From: Thiohalomonadales bacterium
GTDB taxonomy: Bacteria > Pseudomonadota > Gammaproteobacteria > UBA6429 > Thiohalophilaceae
Length of the DNA: 64,000 nt
Direction of reading: 5' to 3'
NCBI GenBank assembly: GCA_040235565.1
Contig: JBECLA010000043.1
Location: forward strand, 4,687 to 68,686
The stretch's first letter is position 1. Each line of letters opens with the position of its first letter. Positions 38,917-48,333 of this stretch are shown here, one piece after another. The notes beneath the pieces are model-generated. The model was not told the origin of the DNA and ran no database searches. It worked only from the letters and a program-made list of their open reading frames with translations. A program made the translations under genes and the position numbers.

Positions 38917-39526
38917 GACCAGATATCAAATCCCTGCTACTTCTTTTGTGAAGCGATTTTTTTGTTTCGCCACAGGGATAAGATTTTCACCATTTCCCCT
39001 TTAGGGCAGTCAATTCCACAAACATCCTGTTCGGGCTGATTACCGGGGAACCATGACCTAATACTACAATACCTTTTCCCAGGGCGAACTATGACATTCG
39101 TTTGTGTCTATGCTGATGGGGGTGACCAGCAGCTAAACCCCTGGATTATCAATGAAATTATCGCATCCCGCTGGAACTGGCAAGCAGATTTTCTACGTGT
39201 AGCTATAAGTGGTTTGAAATTTCAGATGGCCGGTATGATTAACAACAACTTAACTCATTAAACTAGAAATTTGGTTAAAATGATGTCATTGCATGCAGGA
39301 TGGAACAGACATATGTTTTAATCGCATCTTGGCAAAAAAACTGTGGACGTAAAAAGAAATCCTTCGCTGCATCAATATGGTGAAAGGCGCATATTAACAA
39401 GGCAATGGGTTGCAAATTGCCTTGCGTAAGTGGCACCCGGACTCACACTGGAGTCAGGGTAGCGGGCATTGAGCCCAGAACACCAACAACTGTTCAATAT
39501 TAAAACATTCTGATATTAATACCCAC

Positions 39527-40180
39527 ATGAGAAATGTCCAACGTTATCTGCTGACCGGTGTCTTATCGATTGTTCCCCTCTGGATCACCTGGCTGGTTTT
39601 CAAGTTCTTCTTTTTACAGCTCTCGAACCTGGGACTACCCTGGGCCATTGCTGTCTCTACCGCACTAAAAGAACACAGCCCGACACTTGCCGAGTGGCTG
39701 GTCGCTCCATGGTTCCAATCGATTCTCGCCATACTACTCACGCTGTTTGCACTGTATCTGCTCGGCTGGATTGCTTCCAAGGTCATTGGCCAGCGCTTGC
39801 TGAGTTTGTTTGATCGACTGATGCATCACATCCCGGTTGTTCAGACTATTTATGGAGCGGTCAGCAAGCTGATAGGCGTGTTAAAAAGTAAACCGGAGAA
39901 TGTGCAGCGCGTGGTACTGATTGCGTTCCCCAACCCGAACATGCGTACCGTCGGCTTTGTGACCAAGGTATTGGAAGACGACAAGACCGGCGAACAACTG
40001 GCAGCGGTCTATGTGCCGACCACACCTAATCCGACCTCAGGTTACATGGAAATCGTCCCCCTGGCAGATTTGATCTCCACTGACTGGAGCATGGACGAGG
40101 CGATGACCTTTATCCTTTCCGCCGGTGCCGTCGCACCCGATCGGATCAGCTACAGCGAATCCGTCACAAGCGGCGACTAG
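39527..40180 (+). CDS. DUF502-family membrane protein
   Basis: N-terminal LLTGVLSIVPLWITWLVFKFFF pattern, two TM helices, ~217 aa. The family name is from memory. Confidence 0.75.
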   Translation: MRNVQRYLLTGVLSIVPLWITWLVFKFFFLQLSNLGLPWAIAVSTALKEHSPTLAEWLVAPWFQSILAILLTLFALYLLGWIASKVIGQRLLSLFDRLMHHIPVVQTIYGAVSKLIGVLKSKPENVQRVVLIAFPNPNMRTVGFVTKVLEDDKTGEQLAAVYVPTTPNPTSGYMEIVPLADLISTDWSMDEAMTFILSAGAVAPDRISYSESVTSGD

Positions 40181-41157
40181 CTGGCAGCCGGCAAGCGGTC
40201 GCGATTATGCGCGGCCTCGAAATCCAGCTCCGGGCCCCTGGGGACAATTCGGGTGGGATTAATGTCGGTATGGCTGTAGTAATAATGTTGTTTGATGTGT
40301 GTCAGATTGACTGTCTCCGCAATACCCGGCGTTTGATACAGCTCACGCACATAATTTGACAGGTTGGGATAGTCGGCAATACGGCGCAGATTACACTTGA
40401 AGTGACCAACATACACCGCATCAAACCGGATCAACGTGACAAATAATCGCCAATCGGCTTCCGTGATCTGCCCACCCACCAGATAACGTTGTCCCGCCAG
40501 AAGGGATTCAAGTTCATCCAACGCCGCAAACAGGGCATCAAATGCCTGTTCATAAGCACCCTGCGCTCGCGCAAACCCAACCCGATAGACCCCATTGTTG
40601 ATGTTGTCATATACCAGCTCGTTTACCGCATCGATCTCTGCCCGTAATGATTGCGGATACAGATCCACACTGGCATCACCCCAGTTATCAAATGCCTGAT
40701 TGAACATGCGAATAATTTCCGACGATTCGTTATTGACGATGGTGCGCCGCTGTTTGTCCCACAAAACAGGCACCGTCACGATGCCGCTGTAATCAGGCCG
40801 GGCCTGGCGATAGGCCTGATACAGGTAGTGATGACCATAGAGTGAATCGCCGGTAGCACCGGGATAATCACGGAAATTCCAGCTCTCGGGTCCCATATGA
40901 GGATGCACCACATCCACGCTGATGATGTTCTGTAATTTTTTTAATTGCCGAAAAATCAGTGTGCGATGTGCCCACGGACAGGCATAGGATACATATAAAT
41001 GGTATCGACCCGGTTCGGCCTTGAATCCGCCTTCGCCGCTGGGACCGGGTTCGCCCGTCGGTGTAATCCAGTTACGAAACTGTGAGTCCTGGCGAATAAA
41101 CTCCCCCGTGGCGGTTTCAGCCGCATACCCGTTATCCTGTAACTTTCCTAAACTCAT
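40177..41157 (-). CDS. yqjG: Glutathionyl-hydroquinone reductase (Xi-class GST, YqjG-like)
   Basis: CPWAHR active-site motif and length ~326 aa. Adjacent to a DoxX gene, as in the E. coli yqjF-yqjG pair. Confidence 0.88.
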   Translation of the reverse strand: MSLGKLQDNGYAAETATGEFIRQDSQFRNWITPTGEPGPSGEGGFKAEPGRYHLYVSYACPWAHRTLIFRQLKKLQNIISVDVVHPHMGPESWNFRDYPGATGDSLYGHHYLYQAYRQARPDYSGIVTVPVLWDKQRRTIVNNESSEIIRMFNQAFDNWGDASVDLYPQSLRAEIDAVNELVYDNINNGVYRVGFARAQGAYEQAFDALFAALDELESLLAGQRYLVGGQITEADWRLFVTLIRFDAVYVGHFKCNLRRIADYPNLSNYVRELYQTPGIAETVNLTHIKQHYYYSHTDINPTRIVPRGPELDFEAAHNRDRLPAAS

Positions 41158-41222
41158 CTGTCTCTCCTCTGTAGCTGCGCGGCACAGATGCCAGCCCTGG
41201 GCCGCGTCATAGCAGAGATCAT

Positions 41223-41600
41223 TCAGGCTTTCTGCCGGTTATCCAGGCTAACAGCGCCCGCACCGTTTGCCGCCAGCACCAGCAAGCCACCGGCCATGGC
41301 CCAGTTTTTCATGAACAGGATCATCTGTATCTGATCAGCCAGATTACTGTGAAAAATCAGCGCCGAGGCAATGCTGAACAGGGCCAGCGCATAGGCTGCC
41401 AGCCGCGTTTGCCAGCCGGCGATCAGCGCCAGTGCCCCGCCAATCTCCAGCAAAATCACCAGGGGCAGCAATACCCCGGGCACGCCCATGGCTTCCATGT
41501 AGCCCTGCGTGCCACCATAACCGCTGATTTTATTGATACCGGCGAGTAAAAAAATGTGCGCCAACAGCACGCGACCGGCAAGGTTTACCAATTTTTCCAT
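41223..41600 (-). CDS. DoxX-family membrane protein
   Basis: 125 aa, 4 TM helices, N-terminal LLAHIFLLAGINKI motif. Confidence 0.8.
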   Translation of the reverse strand: MEKLVNLAGRVLLAHIFLLAGINKISGYGGTQGYMEAMGVPGVLLPLVILLEIGGALALIAGWQTRLAAYALALFSIASALIFHSNLADQIQMILFMKNWAMAGGLLVLAANGAGAVSLDNRQKA

Positions 41601-41710
41601 GAGTATGTCCTCTGTCTGTTTCGAGATGGCTCCAGTATTAACACTATTTTTATGATAAAAAAGCGGAATTATTTGCTATTAACTATCTAATATTTTGATA
41701 TATTTACTGC

Positions 41711-42625
41711 ATGAGTTATCCCCGTGTCAGTCTCGAGCAATGGCGCACCCTGCAAGCCGTGGTTGAACAGGGTGGCTTCGCCCAGGCGGCGAAACACCTG
41801 CACCGCAGCCAATCCGCCGTAAGCTACGCAGTGCAACGCCTGCAGGACAAGCTGGGGGTACCGGTCATGCGTCTGGAGGGTCGGCGGGCCGTACTCACCG
41901 AAGCTGGTGAAGTGGTGTTGCGCCGCGCCCGCCAGCTGTTGCGGGATGCCCATGCCCTGGAAAATCTGGCCCACGAACTGGGTGCCGGCTGGGAAGCCGA
42001 GATTCGCCTGGTGGTGGATGCGGCTTTTCCCACCGAGATCCTTATGAGTGCCCTGCAGGCCTTTGCCACCCATGATCGGGGAACACGCGTGTTGATGCAG
42101 GAGGTGGTGCTCTCCGGGGCTAAGGATGCGTTGCGCGAGGGCACGGCAGATCTGGTCATCGGTGCCGGTTTGCCGGAGCGTGTTCTGGCCGATGAACTGA
42201 TTGAGATTGAGTTTCTCGCCGTGGCCCATCCGACTCACCCTCTGCACCAGCTCGACAAGGTGCTTGAGCTGAACGATCTCCGGCGCGAAATGCAGATTGT
42301 CATTCGTGACTCGGGCCATCATCAGGCGGCTGATCATGGCTGGCTTGAAGCAGAACACCGCTGGACCGTATCCAGTATCGATCGTGCTCTCTCAACGGTG
42401 TTGCACGGCCTCGGCTTTGCCTGGCTGCCACATCATCGCATCAGTGCCTACCTCGAGAACGGCGAACTCATGATCCTGCCCCTCGCCCAGGGGCAGTCTT
42501 TTCGCACCCATCTTTATCTCAGTTATCCCCATCCCGAACAGGTCGGCCCGGCAACGCGTTTGTTAACCGAGCATTTACAGGCGGCCGTCAATCAGTTTCA
42601 GGCCAGTGTTGCTTCCCTCGCCTGA
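41711..42625 (+). CDS. LysR-family transcriptional regulator
   Basis: N-terminal wHTH (LQAVVEQGGFAQAAKHLHRSQSAVSYAVQRLQDKLG) and ~300 aa. Divergent from doxX-yqjG. Confidence 0.9.
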   Translation: MSYPRVSLEQWRTLQAVVEQGGFAQAAKHLHRSQSAVSYAVQRLQDKLGVPVMRLEGRRAVLTEAGEVVLRRARQLLRDAHALENLAHELGAGWEAEIRLVVDAAFPTEILMSALQAFATHDRGTRVLMQEVVLSGAKDALREGTADLVIGAGLPERVLADELIEIEFLAVAHPTHPLHQLDKVLELNDLRREMQIVIRDSGHHQAADHGWLEAEHRWTVSSIDRALSTVLHGLGFAWLPHHRISAYLENGELMILPLAQGQSFRTHLYLSYPHPEQVGPATRLLTEHLQAAVNQFQASVASLA

Positions 42626-42664
42626 CGTGCACTCGCTTGATCAAAGCTGATTAGTTTTTTCTCT

Positions 42665-42683
42665 GCCTGCTCAAGCAGGCTTT
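42665..42683 (+). terminator. Small hairpin after the LysR gene
   Basis: gcctgc-tcaa-gcaggc followed by ttt. The stem is short, so this is weak. Confidence 0.35.
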
Positions 42684-42788
42684 ATAAATTGATCCCAACG
42701 GTCGCAATCGGCACAATGCCGCTTCCCCGCCGTCAGCCAGCAAGCTGAGACGGCCAAGATTTTTAATAAACCACAGAGGTATTCACCA

Positions 42789-43436
42789 ATGAAATTGATT
42801 CTGTTAGGCGCACCAGGTGCCGGTAAGGGAACCGTGGCCAAAATACTCACCGACCTGGATGGCTCGGTGCAAATTTCCACCGGCGACATCCTGCGCGGCG
42901 CAGTGCAGGCCGGAACCGAACTAGGCAAACAGGCAGAAGCCTATATGAAAGCCGGCGATCTGGTTCCCGATGAACTGATTATGGGCATTATGGAAAAACG
43001 GTTACAGGAACCGGACTGTGAGAAAGGCTTCCTGCTGGATGGATTTCCGCGCACCATTCCTCAGGCTGAAGCGCTGAAAGATCTGCTTGCCAAACTGAAC
43101 ATTACGCTGGATATGGCGGTCAACATTGATGTGCCGCGTGACGTTATCCTGGACCGCTTGACCACCCGTCGCACTTGTTCGAACGCCGAGTGTCAGGCGA
43201 TCTATAACGTCAAGAGCAATCCCCCGAAACAGGAAGGCATTTGTGACAAATGTGGCAGCCCGGTTGTACAACGTGAAGATGAAACCGAAGAAGCCATCAG
43301 TCACCGTCTGGAGACCTATAATGAAAAAACCGCGCCATTGATTGGCTTCTATGACAAGGAAGGTTTACTGGTCACCAGCAACGCGACATCAAGCGATGAG
43401 GTTATCAGCCTGATTAAAGCAAAACTCAGTCTCTGA
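42789..43436 (+). CDS. adk: Adenylate kinase (second paralog, no tail)
   Basis: P-loop GAPGAGKGT, a lid with Cys residues (CSNAECQ...CDKCG), 215 aa. Confidence 0.93.
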   Translation: MKLILLGAPGAGKGTVAKILTDLDGSVQISTGDILRGAVQAGTELGKQAEAYMKAGDLVPDELIMGIMEKRLQEPDCEKGFLLDGFPRTIPQAEALKDLLAKLNITLDMAVNIDVPRDVILDRLTTRRTCSNAECQAIYNVKSNPPKQEGICDKCGSPVVQREDETEEAISHRLETYNEKTAPLIGFYDKEGLLVTSNATSSDEVISLIKAKLSL

Positions 43437-43458
43437 ACTGAGACTCGGTTTCAACCTC

Positions 43459-43490
43459 AGGGCGGGCAATTTATACCCGCCCTTTTCATT
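43459..43490 (+). terminator. Intrinsic terminator after adk (second paralog)
   Basis: agggcggg-caatttata-cccgccct followed by ttttcattt. Confidence 0.75.
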
Positions 43491-43616
43491 TGCGTATAAT
43501 CCATTGTATCCCGTCTCGGCGAATGGATTTTTGTTAATATAAATTATCCGCTGATCGCTCATGAGTGGAACCGCCTGTACTTATCCCGGTCATCTGAACA
43601 CATCACACATAGTGAA

Positions 43617-44102
43617 ATGACGCGAAAAGAAGACACCGAAAAATTCAAACCGAAACACCAGGGCGCTGATCATAGTGCACCTTATCCCGTCAGTCGTATG
43701 GCACCTTCGTTTGACCTGGTTAATCTGGCAGAAGAAATCAGTCAGGCAGATGTCACCCTTGCGGCACATGCCAGCGGTAAATTACACCTCATCGCCAAGC
43801 AAATAAAGGCGCTGCAGGACGAGGCACGGCAGGTCCTTGAGAAAACCCGGCATGATCAACTATTGCACCGGGCGCAATGTAATTTCAAAAGACAAGCGGG
43901 AAAAACATATCACCTTTATCAAAAGCCCGATGGTACAAGTTATTTCTCCATGCTGGCACCGGCTGAATGGGGACATAAACCACCACATAATTTCGTGGGT
44001 TCCTATCTATTAGAAATGGATATGTCATGGACAGCGATCGAAGAAATTGCGAACAGGAATGAAGAAACCGAAGCGATCGTCAAGCGCTTACTAAAAGACT
44101 AG
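43617..44102 (+). CDS. Conserved hypothetical protein (possibly DUF2452, from memory)
   Basis: 161-aa ORF with coding-like composition. The segment PYPVSRMAPSFDLVNLAEEI is what I associate with that family. Unverified. Confidence 0.5.
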   Translation: MTRKEDTEKFKPKHQGADHSAPYPVSRMAPSFDLVNLAEEISQADVTLAAHASGKLHLIAKQIKALQDEARQVLEKTRHDQLLHRAQCNFKRQAGKTYHLYQKPDGTSYFSMLAPAEWGHKPPHNFVGSYLLEMDMSWTAIEEIANRNEETEAIVKRLLKD

Positions 44103-44202
44103 TTTTGTGTTAAGCTATAAAATATTCAGTAAATATCTATTCAACTACACTGTATTGCTGTTATTAGCCACATAATCAACCTATTCGCGTTACCAGTCGA
44201 TA

Positions 44203-44379
44203 ATGCGAGATGACGACCTGACTACTTCTGAAAAACGCTGGCAAAAAAGGCGGCTGTTTCGATCTGCACCACGCTCCTTTAATCGATATATCAGAATTAC
44301 TGTTCTGTTAGCGATATTCTTACTGGTTGTGTTTTGTTATTTGGCATGGTCCGATTTAACACGCCTCTCGATGACTTGA
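44203..44379 (+). CDS. Candidate small membrane protein (58 aa) upstream of sps
   Basis: My translation is MRDDDLTTSEKRWQKRRLFRSAPRSFNRYIRITVLLAIFLLVVFCYLAWSDLTRLSMT: a basic N-terminus followed by one TM helix. Below the ORF-track length cut-off. No clear SD. Confidence 0.3.
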   Translation: MRDDDLTTSEKRWQKRRLFRSAPRSFNRYIRITVLLAIFLLVVFCYLAWSDLTRLSMT

Positions 44380-44409
44380 TTTGACCCAAATTGAATTACC
44401 GTTCCAAAT

Positions 44410-46590
44410 ATGCCGCAGAAAACAAAGAAAAAAGACCGTATCAGCATTTTGCTCATTAGTGTGCATGGTCTGATACGGGCTGACAATCTGGAACTGGGAC
44501 GCGATGCCGATACCGGTGGCCAAACCAAATATGTTGTGGAACTGGCGCGTACCCTGGCGGAGTTTGATGAAGTCGAACAGGTCGACTTACTCACCCGCCG
44601 TGTTGTTGATCCCGAGGTCAGCAAGGATTATGCGCAGGGATATGAACCCATTTCAGAGAAAGCGCAAATTGTACGCCTTGATGCCGGCCCCGCCGCTTAC
44701 CTGCCCAAGGAAGACCTGTGGGACTATCTTGACACCTTTGCTGATAATGCACTTGCCTATATACGCGAGCTTGGTCGTACCCCCGACATTATTCACACTC
44801 ATTATGCCGACGCCGGTTACGTTGGTGTCCGGCTTGCTAATTTTCTTGGCATACCACTGATCCATACGGGACATTCTCTGGGGCGTGTCAAACGTCGGCG
44901 CCTTCTGGCTTCGGGTATTAAACGTGATGTTATCGATACGCGCTATAACATGGTGCGCCGCATTCATGCCGAGGAAGATACCCTGGCCAGTGCGGAACTG
45001 GTGATTGTCAGCACCCAGAATGAAATTGAAGAACAGTATGGGCTCTATGATCATTACCAGCCCGAACTGATGCGGGTTATTCCACCTGGCACTGATCTGG
45101 AGCGCTTCCACACCCCAACCGGTAACGAACCAAACGAACCGATAGCGCGGGAATTGCATCGTTTTCTGCAAGATCCCGATAAACCTATCATTCTGGCGCT
45201 TTCTCGTCCGGATGAGCGTAAGAACATCGCCACCCTGATCGAAGCCTACGGAGAATCAAAAGTTCTGCAGGAAATGGCCAATCTCGTCATCGTAGCCGGC
45301 AATCGTTACGACATCCGCGAAATGGAGGACGGCGCACGCAATGTCCTGGCCAATGTTTTATTGTCAATTGATCAGTACGATCTGTATGGCAAAGTTGCCT
45401 ACCCTAAAAACCATGCGCCGGATGACGTACCAGTTTTGTATCGCCTGACCGGCGCATCGCATGGCGTTTTCATTAATCCGGCGTTGACAGAACCCTTTGG
45501 TCTGACCCTGATTGAGGCTGCTGCCAGTGGCGTACCCATCGTGGCAACAGAGGATGGTGGGCCGCAGGACATTATTGGTCATTGCAAGAATGGACTCTTG
45601 ATCAATCCCCTCGACAGCGAGGTCATGGGACAGGCTCTGCTGAAAGTTCTTGAGAACAGGAAGTACTGGGAAAACTTATCTGCTCATGGACTTAAATGTG
45701 TTCATCAGTATTATTCATGGCAGGCCCACGCCAAAACATACCTTGATGCACTACGTCCCTTACTGGAAAGAAAAGAACCCTTCAAACGCGCCCCGTTACA
45801 ACGGCGTCCCAAGCTATACAACGATCGGGCTATCTTCACCGATCTGGATCAGAACCTGCTGGGCGATCCGGAATCTTTGTCTGAATTTGTCAAAGTCATG
45901 CGAGACAACCGCAAATGCGCCACCTTTGGTATCGCCACCGGCCGAAGTCTCGAATCCGCGCTGCGGATTATGAAGCGTTATCAGATTCCACAACCGGATG
46001 TGCTGATCACCAGTGTCGGCACTGAAATTTATTACGCTCCCCAACTCACGGCCGATCTCGCCTGGGCATTTCATATTAATTACATGTGGAATCCGGAACG
46101 GGTACGGACGGTACTGGCTGATTTACCCGGTCTGAAACGACAACCCAAATCTGAACAGAGCCGGTTCAAGATCAGCTATTACATGGATCCCGAGACCGCG
46201 CCACCGATTGATGAAATTAACAGCATGCTTCATCAGACCGAACTTTCAGTGCATACCTTTCTTTCATTCGGACAATATCTCGATATTGTTCCAATCCGTG
46301 CATCAAAAGGTTTTGCCTTACGTTACTATGCAGACCAATGGGGCATCCAACTCGAGCATGTTCTCGCAGCTGGTGGTTCCGGCACGGATGAAGATATGTT
46401 ACGTGGTAACACTCTCGCCGTGGTGGTGGCCAATCGTCATAATGAAGAGCTTTCCCATCTCACTGATGTAGAACGTATCTATTTTAGCAAACAAGGTTAT
46501 TCACGCGGCATTCTTGAGGCGATCGAATATTATGACTTCTTTGCAAAATGTACCGTCCCGGAAGAATCCCAACCACAAACTGGAAAATGA
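44410..46590 (+). CDS. Sucrose-phosphate synthase (GT4 glycosyltransferase domain + C-terminal SPP-like HAD domain)
   Basis: N-terminus ISILLISVHGLIRADNLELGRDADTGGQTKYVVELA and the EPFGLTLIEAAASGVP motif are classic SPS. The C-terminal ~250 aa are HAD-like. Confidence 0.92.
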   Translation: MPQKTKKKDRISILLISVHGLIRADNLELGRDADTGGQTKYVVELARTLAEFDEVEQVDLLTRRVVDPEVSKDYAQGYEPISEKAQIVRLDAGPAAYLPKEDLWDYLDTFADNALAYIRELGRTPDIIHTHYADAGYVGVRLANFLGIPLIHTGHSLGRVKRRRLLASGIKRDVIDTRYNMVRRIHAEEDTLASAELVIVSTQNEIEEQYGLYDHYQPELMRVIPPGTDLERFHTPTGNEPNEPIARELHRFLQDPDKPIILALSRPDERKNIATLIEAYGESKVLQEMANLVIVAGNRYDIREMEDGARNVLANVLLSIDQYDLYGKVAYPKNHAPDDVPVLYRLTGASHGVFINPALTEPFGLTLIEAAASGVPIVATEDGGPQDIIGHCKNGLLINPLDSEVMGQALLKVLENRKYWENLSAHGLKCVHQYYSWQAHAKTYLDALRPLLERKEPFKRAPLQRRPKLYNDRAIFTDLDQNLLGDPESLSEFVKVMRDNRKCATFGIATGRSLESALRIMKRYQIPQPDVLITSVGTEIYYAPQLTADLAWAFHINYMWNPERVRTVLADLPGLKRQPKSEQSRFKISYYMDPETAPPIDEINSMLHQTELSVHTFLSFGQYLDIVPIRASKGFALRYYADQWGIQLEHVLAAGGSGTDEDMLRGNTLAVVVANRHNEELSHLTDVERIYFSKQGYSRGILEAIEYYDFFAKCTVPEESQPQTGK

Positions 46591-47437
46591 ACGCATCCTG
46601 ATATGCACCGATCTTGATCGCACATTACTCCCAAACGGCACACAACCGGAATCGCCTCTCGCCCGGGATCGTTTTCATCGCCTTGCCGCGCGTCCCGAAA
46701 TAGCCACGGCTTATGTCACCGGACGTCATCGGCAACTGGTAGTTGCCGCCATCGATGAATATGCACTGCCTTTTCCCGATTATGTAATAGGTGATGTCGG
46801 TACCAGCATCTACAGCATCACGAACGAGCATTGGCATCTCTGGGATAGCTGGCAGAGTGAAATCGGTACAGGCTGGCATGGACTGACCCACGACGGTCTT
46901 GTTGCCATGTTCACTGATCTTGCTCCACTACAACTCCAGGAAGCCGAGAAGCAAAACACCTACAAGTCAAGTTATTACGTCGATCCCGCCGTAGATGTAT
47001 CCCAGCTGTTAGCCGTGATACAGCAACGGCTGGATCAGAAACAAATTGCAGCCAGCCTGGTCTGGAGTATTGATGAGACCACCAATACCGGCCTGCTGGA
47101 CATACTGCCGGCCGCCGCTACCAAACGTCATGCCGTCGAATTTTTAATGCACGAGGAAGGCTTTACCCTGGATGACACGGTGTTTGCCGGCGACAGCGGC
47201 AATGATCTGCCAGTCCTCACCAGCCCCATCCATTCGGTACTTGTTGCGAATGCCACAAAGGAAGTGCGCCAACAGGCGCTGCAAATGGCAGCCGCACAGG
47301 GCACACAGGATGCATTATATCTGGCACGTGGTAACCTATTAGGCATGAACGGGAATTACAGTGCCGGCATTCTCGAAGGTTGCGTCCACTATTTACCTCG
47401 CACTCGCGCCTGGATTGAGGAAGAAAAAACAACATGA
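46532..47437 (+). CDS. Sucrose-phosphate phosphatase (HAD-IIB)
   Basis: Motif I CTDLDRTLL and motif IV GDSGND. Candidate starts are TTG 46514, ATG 46532 and TTG 46541, and all overlap the sps 3-prime end. Confidence 0.85.
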   Translation: MTSLQNVPSRKNPNHKLENERILICTDLDRTLLPNGTQPESPLARDRFHRLAARPEIATAYVTGRHRQLVVAAIDEYALPFPDYVIGDVGTSIYSITNEHWHLWDSWQSEIGTGWHGLTHDGLVAMFTDLAPLQLQEAEKQNTYKSSYYVDPAVDVSQLLAVIQQRLDQKQIAASLVWSIDETTNTGLLDILPAAATKRHAVEFLMHEEGFTLDDTVFAGDSGNDLPVLTSPIHSVLVANATKEVRQQALQMAAAQGTQDALYLARGNLLGMNGNYSAGILEGCVHYLPRTRAWIEEEKTT

Positions 47438-48333
47438 CAACTGATCCCCGGTCCTGTCCGTTGATTTTCGGTGAAGTTCTGTTCGATCAGTTCGAGGATG
47501 GCAGTTCAGTCCTCGGTGGCGCGCCGTTCAATGTTGCATGGCACCTGCAGGCCTTCGGTGCGCAACCTCTTTTCGTTAGCCGGGTGGGTGATGACAGTTA
47601 CGGCCGCCGTATTCGTGATGCAATGCAGCAATGGGGCATGTCCACGGCGGGTCTGCAGAAAGATTCAACCTATCCAACCGGCCTGGTTACTATCCATATC
47701 AAGGATGATGAGCCAAGCTTTGATATTCTTGCAGATCGGGCCTACGACCATATCGCTGCCAATGCCCTGCCACCGATTAAGCCTTCCCTGATTTATCACG
47801 GTAGCCTGGCGGTCAGACATTCGGACTCGGCAATGGCTCTGGCAGACATCAAGCAACGTTTCGCTGCACCCGTCTTTATTGACGTAAATCTGCGCCCTCC
47901 CTGGTGGCAACAGACTACCCTGGAAACTCTGCTGCAACAGGCCAGCTGGGCCAAACTGAATGACAATGAAGTTGATATTCTGATCGAAGGCAAAGCAGCA
48001 CCCGAGGATAAAGCCCGTGAGTTGCTGCAACGCTTCGAACTGGCAACAGTCATCCTGACATTGGGCGCAAAAGGAGCTTTGGCGATCACGCAGCAAAATG
48101 ATCAGAGCAGTATCGCACCACCCCAAACTCTCGGCATCGTTGACACGGTCGGTGCCGGCGATGCTTTCTCCAGTGTCTGTATCCTTGGCTACCTTAATCA
48201 CTGGTCCCTCGCGACCATTCTGGAACGCGCCCAGACTTTTGCTTCCGCGATTGTCCAGATACGCGGTGCGACCATCAGTGATAACGATTTCTATCAACCC
48301 TTCATTAATGACTGGCGATTGGATGTCTCATGA
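47434..48333 (+). CDS. PfkB-family sugar kinase (fructokinase)
   Basis: PfkB signatures GGAPFNVA and [13 protein letters not shown] overlap with the spp stop. Confidence 0.88.
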   Translation: MTTDPRSCPLIFGEVLFDQFEDGSSVLGGAPFNVAWHLQAFGAQPLFVSRVGDDSYGRRIRDAMQQWGMSTAGLQKDSTYPTGLVTIHIKDDEPSFDILADRAYDHIAANALPPIKPSLIYHGSLAVRHSDSAMALADIKQRFAAPVFIDVNLRPPWWQQTTLETLLQQASWAKLNDNEVDILIEGKAAPEDKARELLQRFELATVILTLGAKGALAITQQNDQSSIAPPQTLGIVDTVGAGDAFSSVCILGYLNHWSLATILERAQTFASAIVQIRGATISDNDFYQPFINDWRLDVS

